Shown here: piece by piece, positions 35,513 through 47,848 of the stretch
Layout: the number at the start of each line of letters is the position of its first letter
Position numbering within the stretch: position 1 is the stretch's first letter
Made by a program: the position numbers and the translations under genes
Assembly: GCA_043228905.1 (NCBI GenBank)
Contig: JBHGNT010000094.1
Coordinates: 28,542-92,541 of the forward strand
Direction: 5' to 3'
Origin: Azolla caroliniana
Lineage: Eukaryota > Plantae > Polypodiophyta
Length of the DNA: 64,000 nucleotides
Notes under the pieces: generated by a model
Databases searched by the model: none
What the model saw: the letters and a program-made list of their open reading frames with translations, nothing else
What the model was told of the DNA's origin: nothing

Positions 35513-38500
35513 TGTGTTACCCCCGTAAGAATATACGGGGAGGCATAAGGGTAGGTGCAATGATGTGGTTGATGTGTATGTGTAAAGTAAATGAGTTTGT
35601 GAGGATGAGTATGTGTATGGACACATGCACAATTATGTGCATGTGTACAAGAATGTGTAACGATTTTATTTATAACGGTCATGTAACCATTATATTAGAT
35701 GTATTATATAAACCCCCCGTATGGGCATGTAATGAATATACATTTTTTCCCCTCTCATTTTGTGTCATTCTCTATTTTCTTTACTTCTCTCTTTCCCTCA
35801 CACGTAACCCCCTTGGGAGGGGGGTGAAGCCAAGAATGGCTTCAACCCCCACCCGAACAACACTTTTGGCACACCCGAACGGCCGACCTCCCTTGAGAAG
35901 AGGTCACTCTCTCCCTCCCTCACTCACTCTCCCTTTCCATCACTGATCTGTATCTCTCCATTTCTCTGTATGTGTTTGTTAGTGTTTGTGTAAGGAGTAT
36001 GGTGTGGTGGATGGACTCTTTGTGTGGGAGCCTGCCTATGATGAAGATATCAACATTATTCCCTTGAGAAGAAGACTCCCTTCTCCTCCTCTGCCTACCC
36101 CTTTGTCGGTTCTTGTTGCACCATCTCCACAACATCGCCTACACATCCCTTTCCCCATCCCCAATATGTGATGATGATCTTGCTTTCAACCCCTTTCCTC
36201 ACTCTCTCTACCTAAAATTCTAGCCACCCCAAAGTTCATCTCTATATCTTCAGCTCTCATCTTTGTGTTTGCGGCTATGTTGTGTGTGTGTGTGTGTTGG
36301 TCCCACCATAGAAATGGTGAGTGTTCCATCTGAGAAGTTTTTCCAGTTTTCCCCACAATATAATGCCTCATTCTTGCTTCAATCCAAATAGAGCAATTGA
36401 AAACGGTGATGGATCTACATCAAGCATTGTTAGTGATCACTATACCTCCCATCGTTGGGTGTGTGATGCTATGGTGTCAATGTTAACAAAGAACAAGATC
36501 ACATTCGATTCATAAAGGAGGACTGTGAATCACTATGGAAGCTTGGATCACTTGGTATATGAGGCGTGTTCTCCTTGCATAGATGCACGGAAGTATCATC
36601 ACCACTGACTGGGTTCATCATCTTCACTATCAAAATTAGAGCTTGAAGAAGATGTGTCTCCACGGTGGCATAGGTGGCCATACGATCGAACAAAGGTGCG
36701 ACAATCAGATAGATGGCGCCATGCGGCTAGACAAAGACAGTCTGATAGCCGGACTAAGATGGCCCTGAACAGAGATAGCCGCCGCATAGCCACAGTCGAA
36801 CCGGCAAAGAGATGGCCAGCGTCCCGTAGAGGGCCGAAAAGATAAGGACAACGGCTAAACAGAAGTAGCCGAAAAGCGTTGGCCGAACCAGCATGACCGA
36901 GACGTGTGGCCGAGAGTACGGTCGAGAAGCGCGGCCAAGACAGACACGTGGCCGAGAGCACGGCTGACACGCGTGGTCGAGAGTACGACTGAGATGCGCG
37001 GTCGAGAGTGCAGTAGAGAGATGACCACGGCCAGCTAGTGGAGATAGCCGAACAGACGGCAAACGTCCGACAAAGCCAACAGACGTTGGCAGACGGCGTA
37101 CGACAACCGACCGGACAGACGGTCCGGTAGCAGGCGAACACATACCCACGGACAGCTAGCTAGACAGCAGGCAACGACGGTCGGTGGACATAAACGGTCA
37201 TAGATAGATGGCCGAAGGCAGACATGACTAGTGGTCAGCCGGTACGGCAATCGGCCACCGACGAGCGGCGACGGTCAAACAGACGGCCGATAGTCGGACT
37301 AGACACCGATAACTGAACCCACAGAGTCGGGCGGCAGACGACAATGCCCGACAACCAGTCAGACAGACCGTAGAGACGACTGACAGTCGACAGCCGTAAC
37401 GAGACGACGTCGATCAAACATTCGACGGCCGACCGTCAGCGGACAGAAACTGTCGGGAGCCGTCGGACAACGCCTGACAGACGTCCGAGAGCCGTCAGAT
37501 AGCTAACGGCCAGTGCCCACCTCCGGACAAAAGATTGCAGCACCAAACCGAAGAGAAAGGGAAAAGAAGAAAAAATCAAGAAAGAAGAAGGACAACGATA
37601 GAGGAGAAGAAAGAAGGAGAAGTCGTAGAAGCAACGAGACAGAAAAGAAGAAGGAAGCAACATCAACAGCAGAAAAGAGAAAGAAGTGAAGAAGCAGAGA
37701 AAGACAAGAAGCAACAGAGGAGTATGCGGAGACAAAATGAAAGAAAGAAAAAAGATAAGGGCATGTCACAAAACTTTGAAAGCTCGATGGTAGAAAAGAG
37801 ACTTTCAAAAACTCAAAAAGAGAGGGCATAGTGAATGATTTCAAAAGCTCCGAGAGCATCAGAAGAAAAACTTCAAAGACCGGAGGGCATACGATAAAGT
37901 TTTAAAAACTTGAGGGTGAAAATAAAAATTCGAAAGACCAAGGTGTATAAAACATAAAACCCAACTCACATGAATGAATTAGAGAATACACAAACGCACA
38001 ATACAATTTCACGACCCATGCCAAATTGAATTAGCCGATTGGTGTATGATCTAATTGCAACTTGTGTTGACCAAACGAGAAGGTTCGAGTCAAGCAAAGC
38101 TCCAATCATAAAGCAGTGATCCGGTCGAGGGATTTCCGACCGTTGAGACCATAGTACGTAAAATTCGTGTCCGTCTACTATATAATTTGTTTTCCTACAT
38201 TGGAAAACGAACACAAATGATATTCAAATATTCGTGTGTTTTTGTTTTTGTTTGTTTTTTCCTTTTTTCCCTTTTTTCCCTTTTTTTACCTTTTTTTTTT
38301 GGTTTTTTACCTCTTTCCCCCCCTTTTCCCCCTTTTCCTTGAACGATCTGCTACTTGCATCGTGCACACTAGTCAATAGTTAGTCTGTGACCACATCTTC
38401 TCCCGGCCATTACTTTTTGTAATTTCTGTAATTGTTTTGTAATTTTTGTAATTTCTCTATAATTTCTGTAATTTTGTTGTAATTTCTGTAATTTCTCTAT

Positions 38501-39207
38501 AGTTTTTGTAATTTCTGTAATTTTGTTGTAATTTCATTCTAATTTCTGTAATTTTTGCTATTAAGAAGGTAATGTTTTATTTTTGCAATTTTAAAAAAAA
38601 AAATTACCTTGAAAAAATATTTACCTTATAGTAAATAATTTATCCAAAAGTATGGTATTTATCATTCTTCGAGGGTTACCCTTCTCGAATGATTGAATCA
38701 TTCTCGAACACGAATGCACGAATGGTACTCATGGTTCATACTATGGTTGAGATGACCGATGAAGTTCCGGTCGAGAAGAGTTGCCATGGCGAGTGGGTTC
38801 ACCGTGCAATGCACTGTCCCACAGGGCATGCCATGTGTTACCCCCGTAAGAATATACGGGTAGGCATAAGGGTAGGTGTAATGATGTGGTTGATGTGGTT
38901 GATGTGTATGTGTAAAGTAAATGAGTCTGTGAGGATGAGTATGTGTATAGACACATGCACAATTATGTGCATGTGTACAAGAATGTGTAATGGTCTTATT
39001 TATAACGGTCATGTAATCGTTACATTGGATGTATTGTATAAACCCTATATGGGCATGTAATGAATATACATTTTTCCCCCTCTCATTTTGTGTCATTCTC
39101 TATTTTCTTTACTTCTTCTCTCTTTCCCTCACACGTAACCCCCTTGGGGGGGGGGGGGGGGGGGGGGGTGAAACCATTCTGGGCTTCACCCCCCCCCCCC
39201 AATAACA
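35513..39207 (+). mobile_element. Non-coding LTR element D1 (LARD-like) with a tRNA-like sequence in place of the PPT
   Basis: Direct LTRs at 35513-35862 and 38834-39207 with a TATAAACCC box. PBS TGGCACACCCG at 35867. No TE protein domains inside. 38793-38833 ends GGGCATGCCA. No TSD. Confidence 0.85.
38410..38560. repeat. Low-complexity TGTAATTT tandem repeat inside D1
   Basis: More than 10 copies of (T/C)TGTAATTT. Confidence 0.8.
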
Positions 39208-40329
39208 CTCGCATAGTTTTCTTCGACCATCAACATTGATTGTAAGTCGAAGAAGGACGGTGGTTTCTCCCGCGTGCAGATTGCCGTTTGGATTGGCCCA
39301 TACCTTTGCGCTAGACCATCGACGCAGATTTGTACCATCTCATCTTCGTCCACCGTCACGTTGATGGACCCAAGTGCATCACAAATCTCCTTTATCTTGG
39401 TGGTGTAATCCGTAAACGACATGTCTCTTTGTCGGATGTTGTTCAGCTCTTGCCGGAGCTGCAACTTACGGGTCGTGGTACTCGCGGCGAAAACCTTCCG
39501 TAGATTTTCCCAGACCTCCTTCGGCGTCTTTGCATCCTTGATGTAGTTGAGCATCTGATCATGCACACCGAACGTGAGATAGTACAGTACCCGACTCGCT
39601 CCTTGCTCCCATACCGGGAAATCACTGTGTGTCGGCTCCAGTGCTACCTCGTTCGTTCCTTCCACGAAGCTCCAGTATCCATGCCCCAGCAGGTACTGGT
39701 GCATCTTGTATGACCAAGATGTGTAGTTGCTCCGATCGAGCTTCTCTGTTGGAAGTGAACTCACCATTCCTTTGTCCATGTCTTCTCTCTGTCTGTTGTT
39801 GCCGGGTTCTAGGGTTCATCTACGAAAGCAAGCGTTGGCTATAGAGGTTCTCAACCATTGCGCTCTGATACCATGTAAATGTTAATGTGCGGACGCGTCA
39901 GACAGAATCGGCTCAGCCGGATAGCAACAGAAAATGAGATGAAGGTTTAATGGAGAAATGTAACACAGAGAGTATATACAGGAGAGACATAGAGCGCAGA
40001 ACATAAACTTTATTCAAAAATAACTCCAAAACTCTGTACATACAACGTGCTAAACAACACTATTTATACAAGTCCATAAAGGACTGACAGAAGTATTGAC
40101 AGGTACTTCAATATTCCTACGTGCGACTGACACTAACTACAAGACAATGATTACCTAGTAGTCTAGGCTACTACTAAGCTTCCGGTTCCTGCTCGAATCC
40201 GGCTCTCCGATCCGTCTCCTTGATCCGGCCGGTTGTTTCCAGATACCGATCCGGCTCATCCTTCCGGATGCCGATCCGGTTCAGGCTTATTCAGCCGATC
40301 TGGATCCGGTTGAGCTTGCTCGCTCAACA
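39208..40329 (-). mobile_element. Copia (C-related) 5' fragment: LTR 40329-39874, PBS, gag 39779-39208
   Basis: PBS TGGTATCAGAGC at 39873-39862. Gag EKLDRSNYTSWSYKMHQYL...RKLQLRQEL. Truncated by D1. Confidence 0.88.
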
Positions 40330-41169
40330 TAACATATAAGACACATAAGTTTGAATGCCTTCGTGAAAGGAGAGGTGCATGGGCAAGCCCGAAACACTCC
40401 CTTGTCACAAGGCACACAAACAAATAAGCACAAATGACAATAACATATAAGATACGTAGGTTAAACCAAACATTAGTTTATTGCAATATAATAGATTCTT
40501 TTATAAAATAAGAATCAATTTTACAACGGGTTTGATATGAATATGAGAGATAATTTATAATGGAAGGGGGAAGAGAGGTGGAGGAAAGAAGAGAGTGGAA
40601 CATAGAAGAAGGTGATTCTTTGTTGATGATGCCTCTCTATGTTGTTGATCCTTCTTCTTTTGCCTTCCAATTGAGTAGAGCTTCTGTGTTCCTTCTCCCT
40701 CCCCTCCTTTACTAGAATAGGCTCTTATTTATAGGTTTAGGATTGGTTGCCTTTTCCCCCTAAAACAAAGCTTGTCTATATGAGTCGACTTTTCTTTTCC
40801 TCACTATTTCTGATTTCTCACTTTCACATGCAAGCTATTCTTGGAAATCTCTTTGGGTTAGCTTTCTTATGCATCTTTTCTTTTCTAATTTGGACATCTG
40901 ACGAGGAAATTAGGAGCTTTTTTCTCTATTGTGCTCCTCATATCCACATGTGCTTTTGTTTTTCTCCCCATCTTTTTCTCTACTTTTGAAAACCGCCTCT
41001 AACTTAATATTCATCATTATTTATAGTAAGGTTCAATCCTTTGACCTTTTATTTATAAGGAATTATCTTTGTCTAATGAAAAAATATTTTTGCTACCAAT
41101 AAAGTTGACTTCACAATACTAGTTTATTTGAACTACTACTTTACTTCTTTTCGAGGGTGGTTTCATACT

Positions 41170-41242
41170 ATGTGTTAGAAACGTCACAACACCGGCTAAG
41201 ACACCGATTGGAGCGTTTTTGGTTTTGAGCCGGAGGCGACTG

Positions 41243-41295
<53 letters not shown>

Positions 41296-41647
41296 CTCAC
41301 ACATCACGTACACAAAAACCTGAAAGAAGGGCAAATATCTGACATAGACAAACACAATTATACACAACTCTATATGTATTTATGTACACAGGCAACAGAA
41401 TACAATGGCGGCTTCGATCCAGACTAAAGTAAGGCAGATCACAACAGTCGTTTACAGGCAAGCCCATTCGGGGAGATATCTTGCCATGATCTTCGGAGTG
41501 GTGATGGGAGAAGTACATTTTTAATTCCCTCACTTTCCCCCTCTTACCTCTATATACATTTTCGAATGTCCAAGTGCACACAGTGCGGTTTGCCAAATTA
41601 GCCCGATCCATCCGGTTTTCTCATTGTGGACGGAAATCTTCACGACA
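41170..41647 (-). repeat. Phygy-like LTR fragment (left boundary uncertain)
   Basis: Minus-strand start TGTCGTGAAGATTTCCG matches the LTR start at 30568; contains a (GA)n tract. Confidence 0.55.
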
Positions 41648-42820
41648 CCGTGCTCTCGATAGAATGTCGGCCATGGCATGGTCTTTTTCGGAGATGTGTC
41701 GTATCTCTGGATTCAGGGGACGATATATGTGATCCACCTGAGCATTGCCAAGTCCGAAGTCGCGCATCTGGATACCATCCCGAGAATCGGGAGGGAGTCT
41801 ATCTCGACTATTACCTCTACCCTAATCAGATAATCTTTGTCGGCCTTTACTGTCAAAACGATACCCCAATGCTCTCTCTTAAGCTGGGTGTATCCTTGTT
41901 GCCGCTCACTTAGGACCTTGGCGTCGAACCGGATGGTGAACCCCGTTCCGGTTTCATCCTCTTGGTTGATTACCCATCCAATTCCGGTCGGACTCTTGTC
42001 GATTGTGACAAAAATCGGAGAGTCCTTCGTGTACACTACTTTCCGGAGAGTCGGCGCCGCCGTCAACATTTCCTTTAGTTTCCAAACCGTTGACTATGCA
42101 CACTTTGCCATAACACAAGTTTGAGAGTCTTAATTATCACACCTTGATACAATGCTCTACCTTGGCTTACATTCAACTATGCTTTCTACACATCTTCAAC
42201 CAAACCCAATCCTTGCACAAATTTCTCTCTTAATCATTGTGTGCATTCTCAATTGTGACATTCGTTAGTGAAGTTCGTGAACACCAAGAGACACTATTCA
42301 CTTTCACAAGTAATATGAGAAGTTTTTTGTATTGGTCTCATAGGTCATATTTGACCTCCGATGATAATAAAATCTATTTATCTATTGGCTTGGTGGTTCA
42401 CAAGATAACATCAAAGTTACACCTCCCTTCTTTATAATTGGAAATATATGTGTAGGGCTTAAGAAATTGGCCTCTCGAAAGGCATGAAAACTTGAAGGTA
42501 AAAAAGGCCAAAATGCTCAAATGGACAGGAAACGAAGTAGTGCGGGATCCAGATGTGGTGGAAGGAACATGCCCCTAAGAATCGTCGAACCTCGGTGGTC
42601 ATCCTGCATACTTCTTTGACTTCCGAAATGGCCTCTACCTTAGCCGGAGACGGCTTCCGACCGTAGGGCTTGCACAAGTGTCCTCCCTACGGGCCTATTG
42701 ATTTCTCTCTCGAGAAGGTTAGGCGCGTTCCTTCCAATTTCTCCAGTACTTTCTCGCAGTCAGCGATGTGGTCGGCAATGAACCTTCGGCACCTGTCCTC
42801 CCCAACCGTCTCATCCTCCA
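41648..42820 (-). pseudogene. Phygy-like RT/RNase H fragments interrupted by unrelated DNA at about 42080-42530
   Basis: PYGRKPSP, EVRRFLGACSFHHIWIPHY, IDKSPTGIGWVINQ, LAMLRWI. Confidence 0.85.
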
Positions 42821-43389
42821 AACACCCCTGAAAAGAATATGTGCAGAAGCTAAATAGATCTCGCCACTAAACCATAGTTAAAACGGGGCCCTAAATGTTG
42901 CCACTATGCATTAGTTTTGGGGTCAAAACTCTCACCCCTAGCGGGAGAGTGTGACATCCGTTAGGTATACCTAAAATATAGAAATTGTTATAAATAAAGA
43001 ACCTTGGAAGTGCAAACGATTCAATTAGTGAACATTTGACATTCCAATGATTCCTATTTAATAGAAGCCTATTTTCCTAGAGGGGCAGACACCAATTTTG
43101 GGAGTTAGTAATTCTTATGGAGTTTGTTTAATTCTTATTTTAATTAAGCCATGTTGTTTTAGTTCGTTCATGTTGGTGGTGGTAACATTTGTTATTGACA
43201 ATTTTTTTGAGGAAGCCTAAACCCTAAACCCTAAACCCTTTTCAATCATTTCTATTTTTTAGAAGGGTTTAATGTAGGGTATTTATCATCTTAAGGACTT
43301 AGATTGTCTGAGCTATTGTGATCCCACGCTTTAATAGCCACCACGCTCATGTTCATGGGCCTTGCCCCTTCTAGTTCAGTTGACTACCT

Positions 43390-43584
43390 CTTTCTCTTCA
43401 TTAGGTTGATGATGAACTCATGCAATTCTTTCTTGGCTATACCATGGAGAGTGAACTCTATATGACTATAGAGGATCCTTTCCTCTATCAACTCTAGGTA
43501 TGTTGCTTGTTTGATCTCAAAGCAAAACTTGAATTTCGGGGGGTTTCCCTTCTCTTTTCACCTTTCATTGCGTGTTAGGGCCGA
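43390..43584 (-). pseudogene. Degenerate Phygy-like gag fragment
   Basis: KEKGNPPKFK...EERILYSHIEFTL-GIAKKELHE resembles KEKATPAFKL...EERILDSRVDFSLRELLGIAKKEFHD of ORF1. Confidence 0.65.
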
Positions 43585-44648
43585 TGTCGTGATGTTTTCG
43601 ACAAATAGTGTCAAACCACACCAAATAGGAAAAAATAATAATGATACAAATAAGCCAAACATGCCACAAAGACGAACTTCTGAAGGCAAGATTTGGACCT
43701 TGCATCTTCAAGGAATCAAAATTTGAACCTTATGCCTTCAAGGAATGACACAATTGTATTTACTGGTAGGGCAACTACTAGTGAGTGATTTATTGTTGAG
43801 AATCAAGCTCAACCTAGTCTAGTGTGTGAACACACTCTTGAGAGTGTGCACTCAAAGGTCAAAAGTCACCACTCTTATCTACACATTAACTATGTGTCAT
43901 AGAATCATATTCTATGACACATAACTAATGAGTTTTCACATTCCCCATGACCCATGAGCTTCGGTAGTTAATAAAGAGAGAGAGTGACTATATAAAGCAC
44001 TCTCCTCCTACTTTGTAATTAGTTCGGTTAATCTCCTTTGTAATGTACATCGTCTTGAGTATTCTACTGTTGTGTTTAAAATCTATCTATCTTGTGTTGC
44101 TCTCTCTCTCTCTCTCTCATACACACACACTTACAACACATATCTCTAGTCTATTCCGCTGCACAAGAATCACCTTCGATTCTTTACATGGTATCAGAGT
44201 GGTTTGGTAGCTTGATCTCGCCCATCCATGTGTGTTGAGCTCTACGTTGACGTTCAAGAAGAACCGGCTCATCGTTATCGTAGTGCGACTACATAGCTCG
44301 TATCCAAGAGAGAAGAAGAAGGAAGAAATCTACATCGAACACCATGAATACTCAAATGGGGAGCGTTCTCCCTGGCGAGAAGTTGGACCGAAACAATTTC
44401 GCATCTTGGGAGTACAAGATGCATCAATACCTTGTCGGTCAAGGCTATTGGAGCTACATCAAAGGAGCACAAGAAAACCGGCCCAACCCGAAAGATGTCG
44501 ACTATGCAACATGGGAGCAAGCGGCGAGTCGAGTAATGTATTGTTTGGCGACATGTGTTCACGACCACATGCTCGGTTACACTCGAGAAGCCGAGACACC
44601 GAAGGAAGCGTGGGAAAATCTACGAAAGATTTTCGCCGCCAACACGAC

Positions 44649-44840
44649 TGTTGTATGTTTTAGGTTTAGGGTTAATGATGATAATGATAAAGATGGGAAT
44701 AGGGTTAACAATCATGGTAGATTGATAATGTATGTGTGATGATGATGGTGAGAGATCATGAAGAACAAGACAAGCATTGAGGGGTGGGGGGTGGTGCCTA
44801 GAATGGCTCCACCCCCCTCCCAAGGGGTTCAACGTAAGGG

Positions 44841-44881
<41 letters not shown>

Positions 44882-47646
44882 TGGTTATTCACGTTTCATT
44901 CATTCCCCATAAGGGGTTAAATAGTACAAGAGGGGGTAGATACAAAGGGATGTAAGCCCCCTAGAGCATTCATACTGGACACTCACTCACACCTCCTCGT
45001 ATCCATCCACATGCACACACGTGTGCATGTGTTCACATACGTATCGACTCACAATTACATTCACACTCACATACATATCAATGCATTACATCGTTCACAC
45101 TCACTTATCATACTTATGAATCACACGTACGTCTCGTACGGTAACACAATATGGCACGCCCGTGAGAGAGTGCCTTGCACGTCGATCCCACATGCCTTGA
45201 TCATAATTTTTCTTCGACCGGAATTTCCATCAATCCTCTCAACAATCGACTCCCTCGATCAGAGCGCTTGACTCGAACATCTCCGTCGGTTAGCGACTCT
45301 TCTGCGACACGAACATTCTCGTTCTGTCGGCTTACGAACTTCGTCATGGGTCCAAAATCATGTCGTGTATATGTATGTTCTTCCTTTGTTTTGAGTGTGT
45401 GTGAGTAGTCTTGGGGATTTTCAAAATTTTGGTGGTGCCCTCTTGTATTTTTAAAATTTTGATATGTACCCTCGAGTTTTGAAAATTTCATTCACTACCC
45501 CCAAGTTTCTGAAATTTTAGGCGGCTACCCTCAACATTTTAAAATTTCTTCGCATGCCCCTCTCTTCTCTTTTTCCCTCTCATTTTTTTTTTCTTGTTTT
45601 CTTCTTTTTCTCTTGCTTCTGTCGTTTCCCTCCTTCCTCTGTTCTGTGCCTTCTCTTCTTCCATGACTTCTTCCTCTTCCTTCTCTGTTCCTTCTTTTGA
45701 TTTCATTCGAGAGTTGTGTTTCGTCTTTTATTCTTCTATGTATTCTATATCTTTGTTTGCATCTTCTATGTCGTTTCCTATCGTAGCCCTATCATAGCTT
45801 TCTCCTCCTCCTTCTCTTCTTCTTTTCATGTCTCTATTTTGGTGTTTTGAAGAATGGGGAGGAACGACATCTCCATTGTCATTGCCGTCTTTGTTGATGT
45901 TTCGCTTTTTGGCTCTATTCGATTGTTTTTCTGGTAGCCGTTAAGACATTGTCTGCTATTCGGTAACTCTCGGGTCGCCGGCTCTGTCCGGTCCAGCATT
46001 GTCTGTTGGTCTCTTTCCGACCCTCGATTTGGCCTCCGCTTTCCGGCCTCTCTGGCCTTTGTCTATCTCATGGCCACTGTCCGACCACCACGCTGTTGCG
46101 GACTCCATCAAAGTCTTTGTCGATTTCTGTCAGTTTGAGTCCGCTTCTGTGTCTCCGGCTCCGTTGTCGTCTCCTTCTCCGTTCCGGCGCCATTCGACCA
46201 CTCCGACCACTCTTTGGCCGGCACTTTTCCGGCCTCTCGTCAATCTTTGTCGGTGTTGCCGTTCTGGCCATCGATTCGTCTTTGTCCGGCCCGTTCCGGT
46301 CGTCGTCTGGTCCATTCCAGCCGGTTTTCCGGTAGTCAATTCGGCTGTTGTCCAGCTGCTCCCATCTCTGGCCATTTCGGTCTTGCTTTTCTCAAGCTTT
46401 CCACTATTCGGCCTCTGTCCGGAAGACTCCATCTTCGGTTAGTGTCTCTTCGGTCTTCTTTCGGCGTCATCATTGTTGTTGTTGTCGGTTGTCGAGCCGC
46501 CGTCGCCGCTGTAGCCCCTATCCGGCCATTCTGGATGCTGTCCGACCACTCCGGCCACTTCTTGGCCGTCGTTCTGGACGCTTTACGACCGTTGTCTGGC
46601 TATTCCGGCCCCGTCCGGTCGTCATTGTCTTTCTGGCTCTTCCGCTGTCTGATTTTGGCCATCTATCTGGTGTCTCTTTTCGTTTTGGACGTCTTTCGGG
46701 CTGTATCCGTCCGGTTCATTCCGTTCTTTTCCCGTTTCTTCTATCCAGACCGTTCCATCGTGTTTATGTATTGTCTTCGGCCCCGTCTGTGGCTTTCTAC
46801 ATCACGTTGTCTTGTCTGACTTCTTCGTTTCTGGCTATGTTGTGTGTCCGTTTGGCATGTTTGGTCGTCCCTTTGTTGTCCAGCCCGTCCGTTGTCCGCC
46901 TTTGTCTAGTTTGTATCTGACCGACCAATCTGGCTATCTTCATCTCTGTTCTGGCTGTAGTTCGGCCGTGTCTTTTCGGCCGCCTCTGCAACCTTCTGAT
47001 CATCGTTGTTATTCTGGCCGTCGTCCGTCCGGTGTTGTTGGTTTCTCTGGTCGTCGATGTCTAGTTTGCGTTTGCATCTCTTCTCTGTCTTCTATGGTCC
47101 TTCTGGTTCTTGTTCCGATTTCAGTTCCGACTCTCTTCATGTTGTTTCTTCTGGAACCATTGCCCGTGCATTCTCAGCACATCTTGCCGGTCTTCACTCC
47201 ACACACTGCGACTTTCTCTGCAGTCTCTTGGTGGGCTTCTCTTTCCGGTTGTGCTGGCACCGGTTCCCTCTGCGTTGCTGTTTGTCCAGCCGTGCATCTT
47301 GCACTACGCTTTTGAGAACACGCACATTGTCGCTAACCGCTTTCGGAAACACGCACATGGACACTAATCGCAACCTCGCACAAACATTGTTGCCATTCAT
47401 GCATTCCTCCATAGACTTCCTCCAACATCTTCACCGTCATTTTTGCGTTTCGCTATTTCTTGCACTTAGTCGTTATGGCTTGCACATCTGCGTATCATTC
47501 TTCGCCTCCATTTCCAAAGGGGGGTCGCCTTAGTGGTCGCCAAAAGGTGTTGTATGTTTTAGGTTTAGGGTTAATGATGATAATGATAAAGATGGGAATA
47601 GGGTTAACAATCATGGTAGATTGATAATGTATGTGTGATGATGATG
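44649..47646 (-). mobile_element. Non-coding LTR element D2 (5' LTR truncated to about 99 bp)
   Basis: Direct repeats at 44649 and 47548 (TGTTGTATGTTTTAGG...). Full LTR 44649-45148. Minus-strand PBS TGGCGACCAC at 47542-47533. tRNA-like 3' element at 45191-45152. LTR and internal layout homologous to D1. Confidence 0.85.
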
Positions 47647-47848
47647 CGTGTTTATCTGTATCTCTGTATTGTTTTACCGTCTGTGCTTAATTGTAATCAT
47701 CTTACGCGTGTAACCTAGCATCGAATCCTTACCACCCCTTTGGAGAAGTATCGGATAGACACCTCTGTTGAGGCTAGTCCGGCCAGGCAGACAACACTAT
47801 TTTGGCGACCACGATTCCTGCAAAGTGCAGAGGACAACCGGGGGATGG

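Noticed and set aside
31761-41651. LTR ends at 31767 and 41647, both followed by CCGT, as the two LTRs of one element
   Set aside because: One is the 3' end of a plus-strand LTR and the other the 5' start of a minus-strand LTR. In element orientation the flanks are CCGT versus ACGG, and the host sequences differ.
43216-43239. Telomere or chromosome-fusion scar (CCCTAAA x3; also TTTAGGG in D2 LTR ends)
   Set aside because: Too short; telo-box-like motifs are common in plant TEs.
45990-47533. Many overlapping 100-200 aa ORFs inside D2 (and D1 36600-37860)
   Set aside because: Low-complexity, strand-biased sequence that is poor in stop codons; no recognisable domains.
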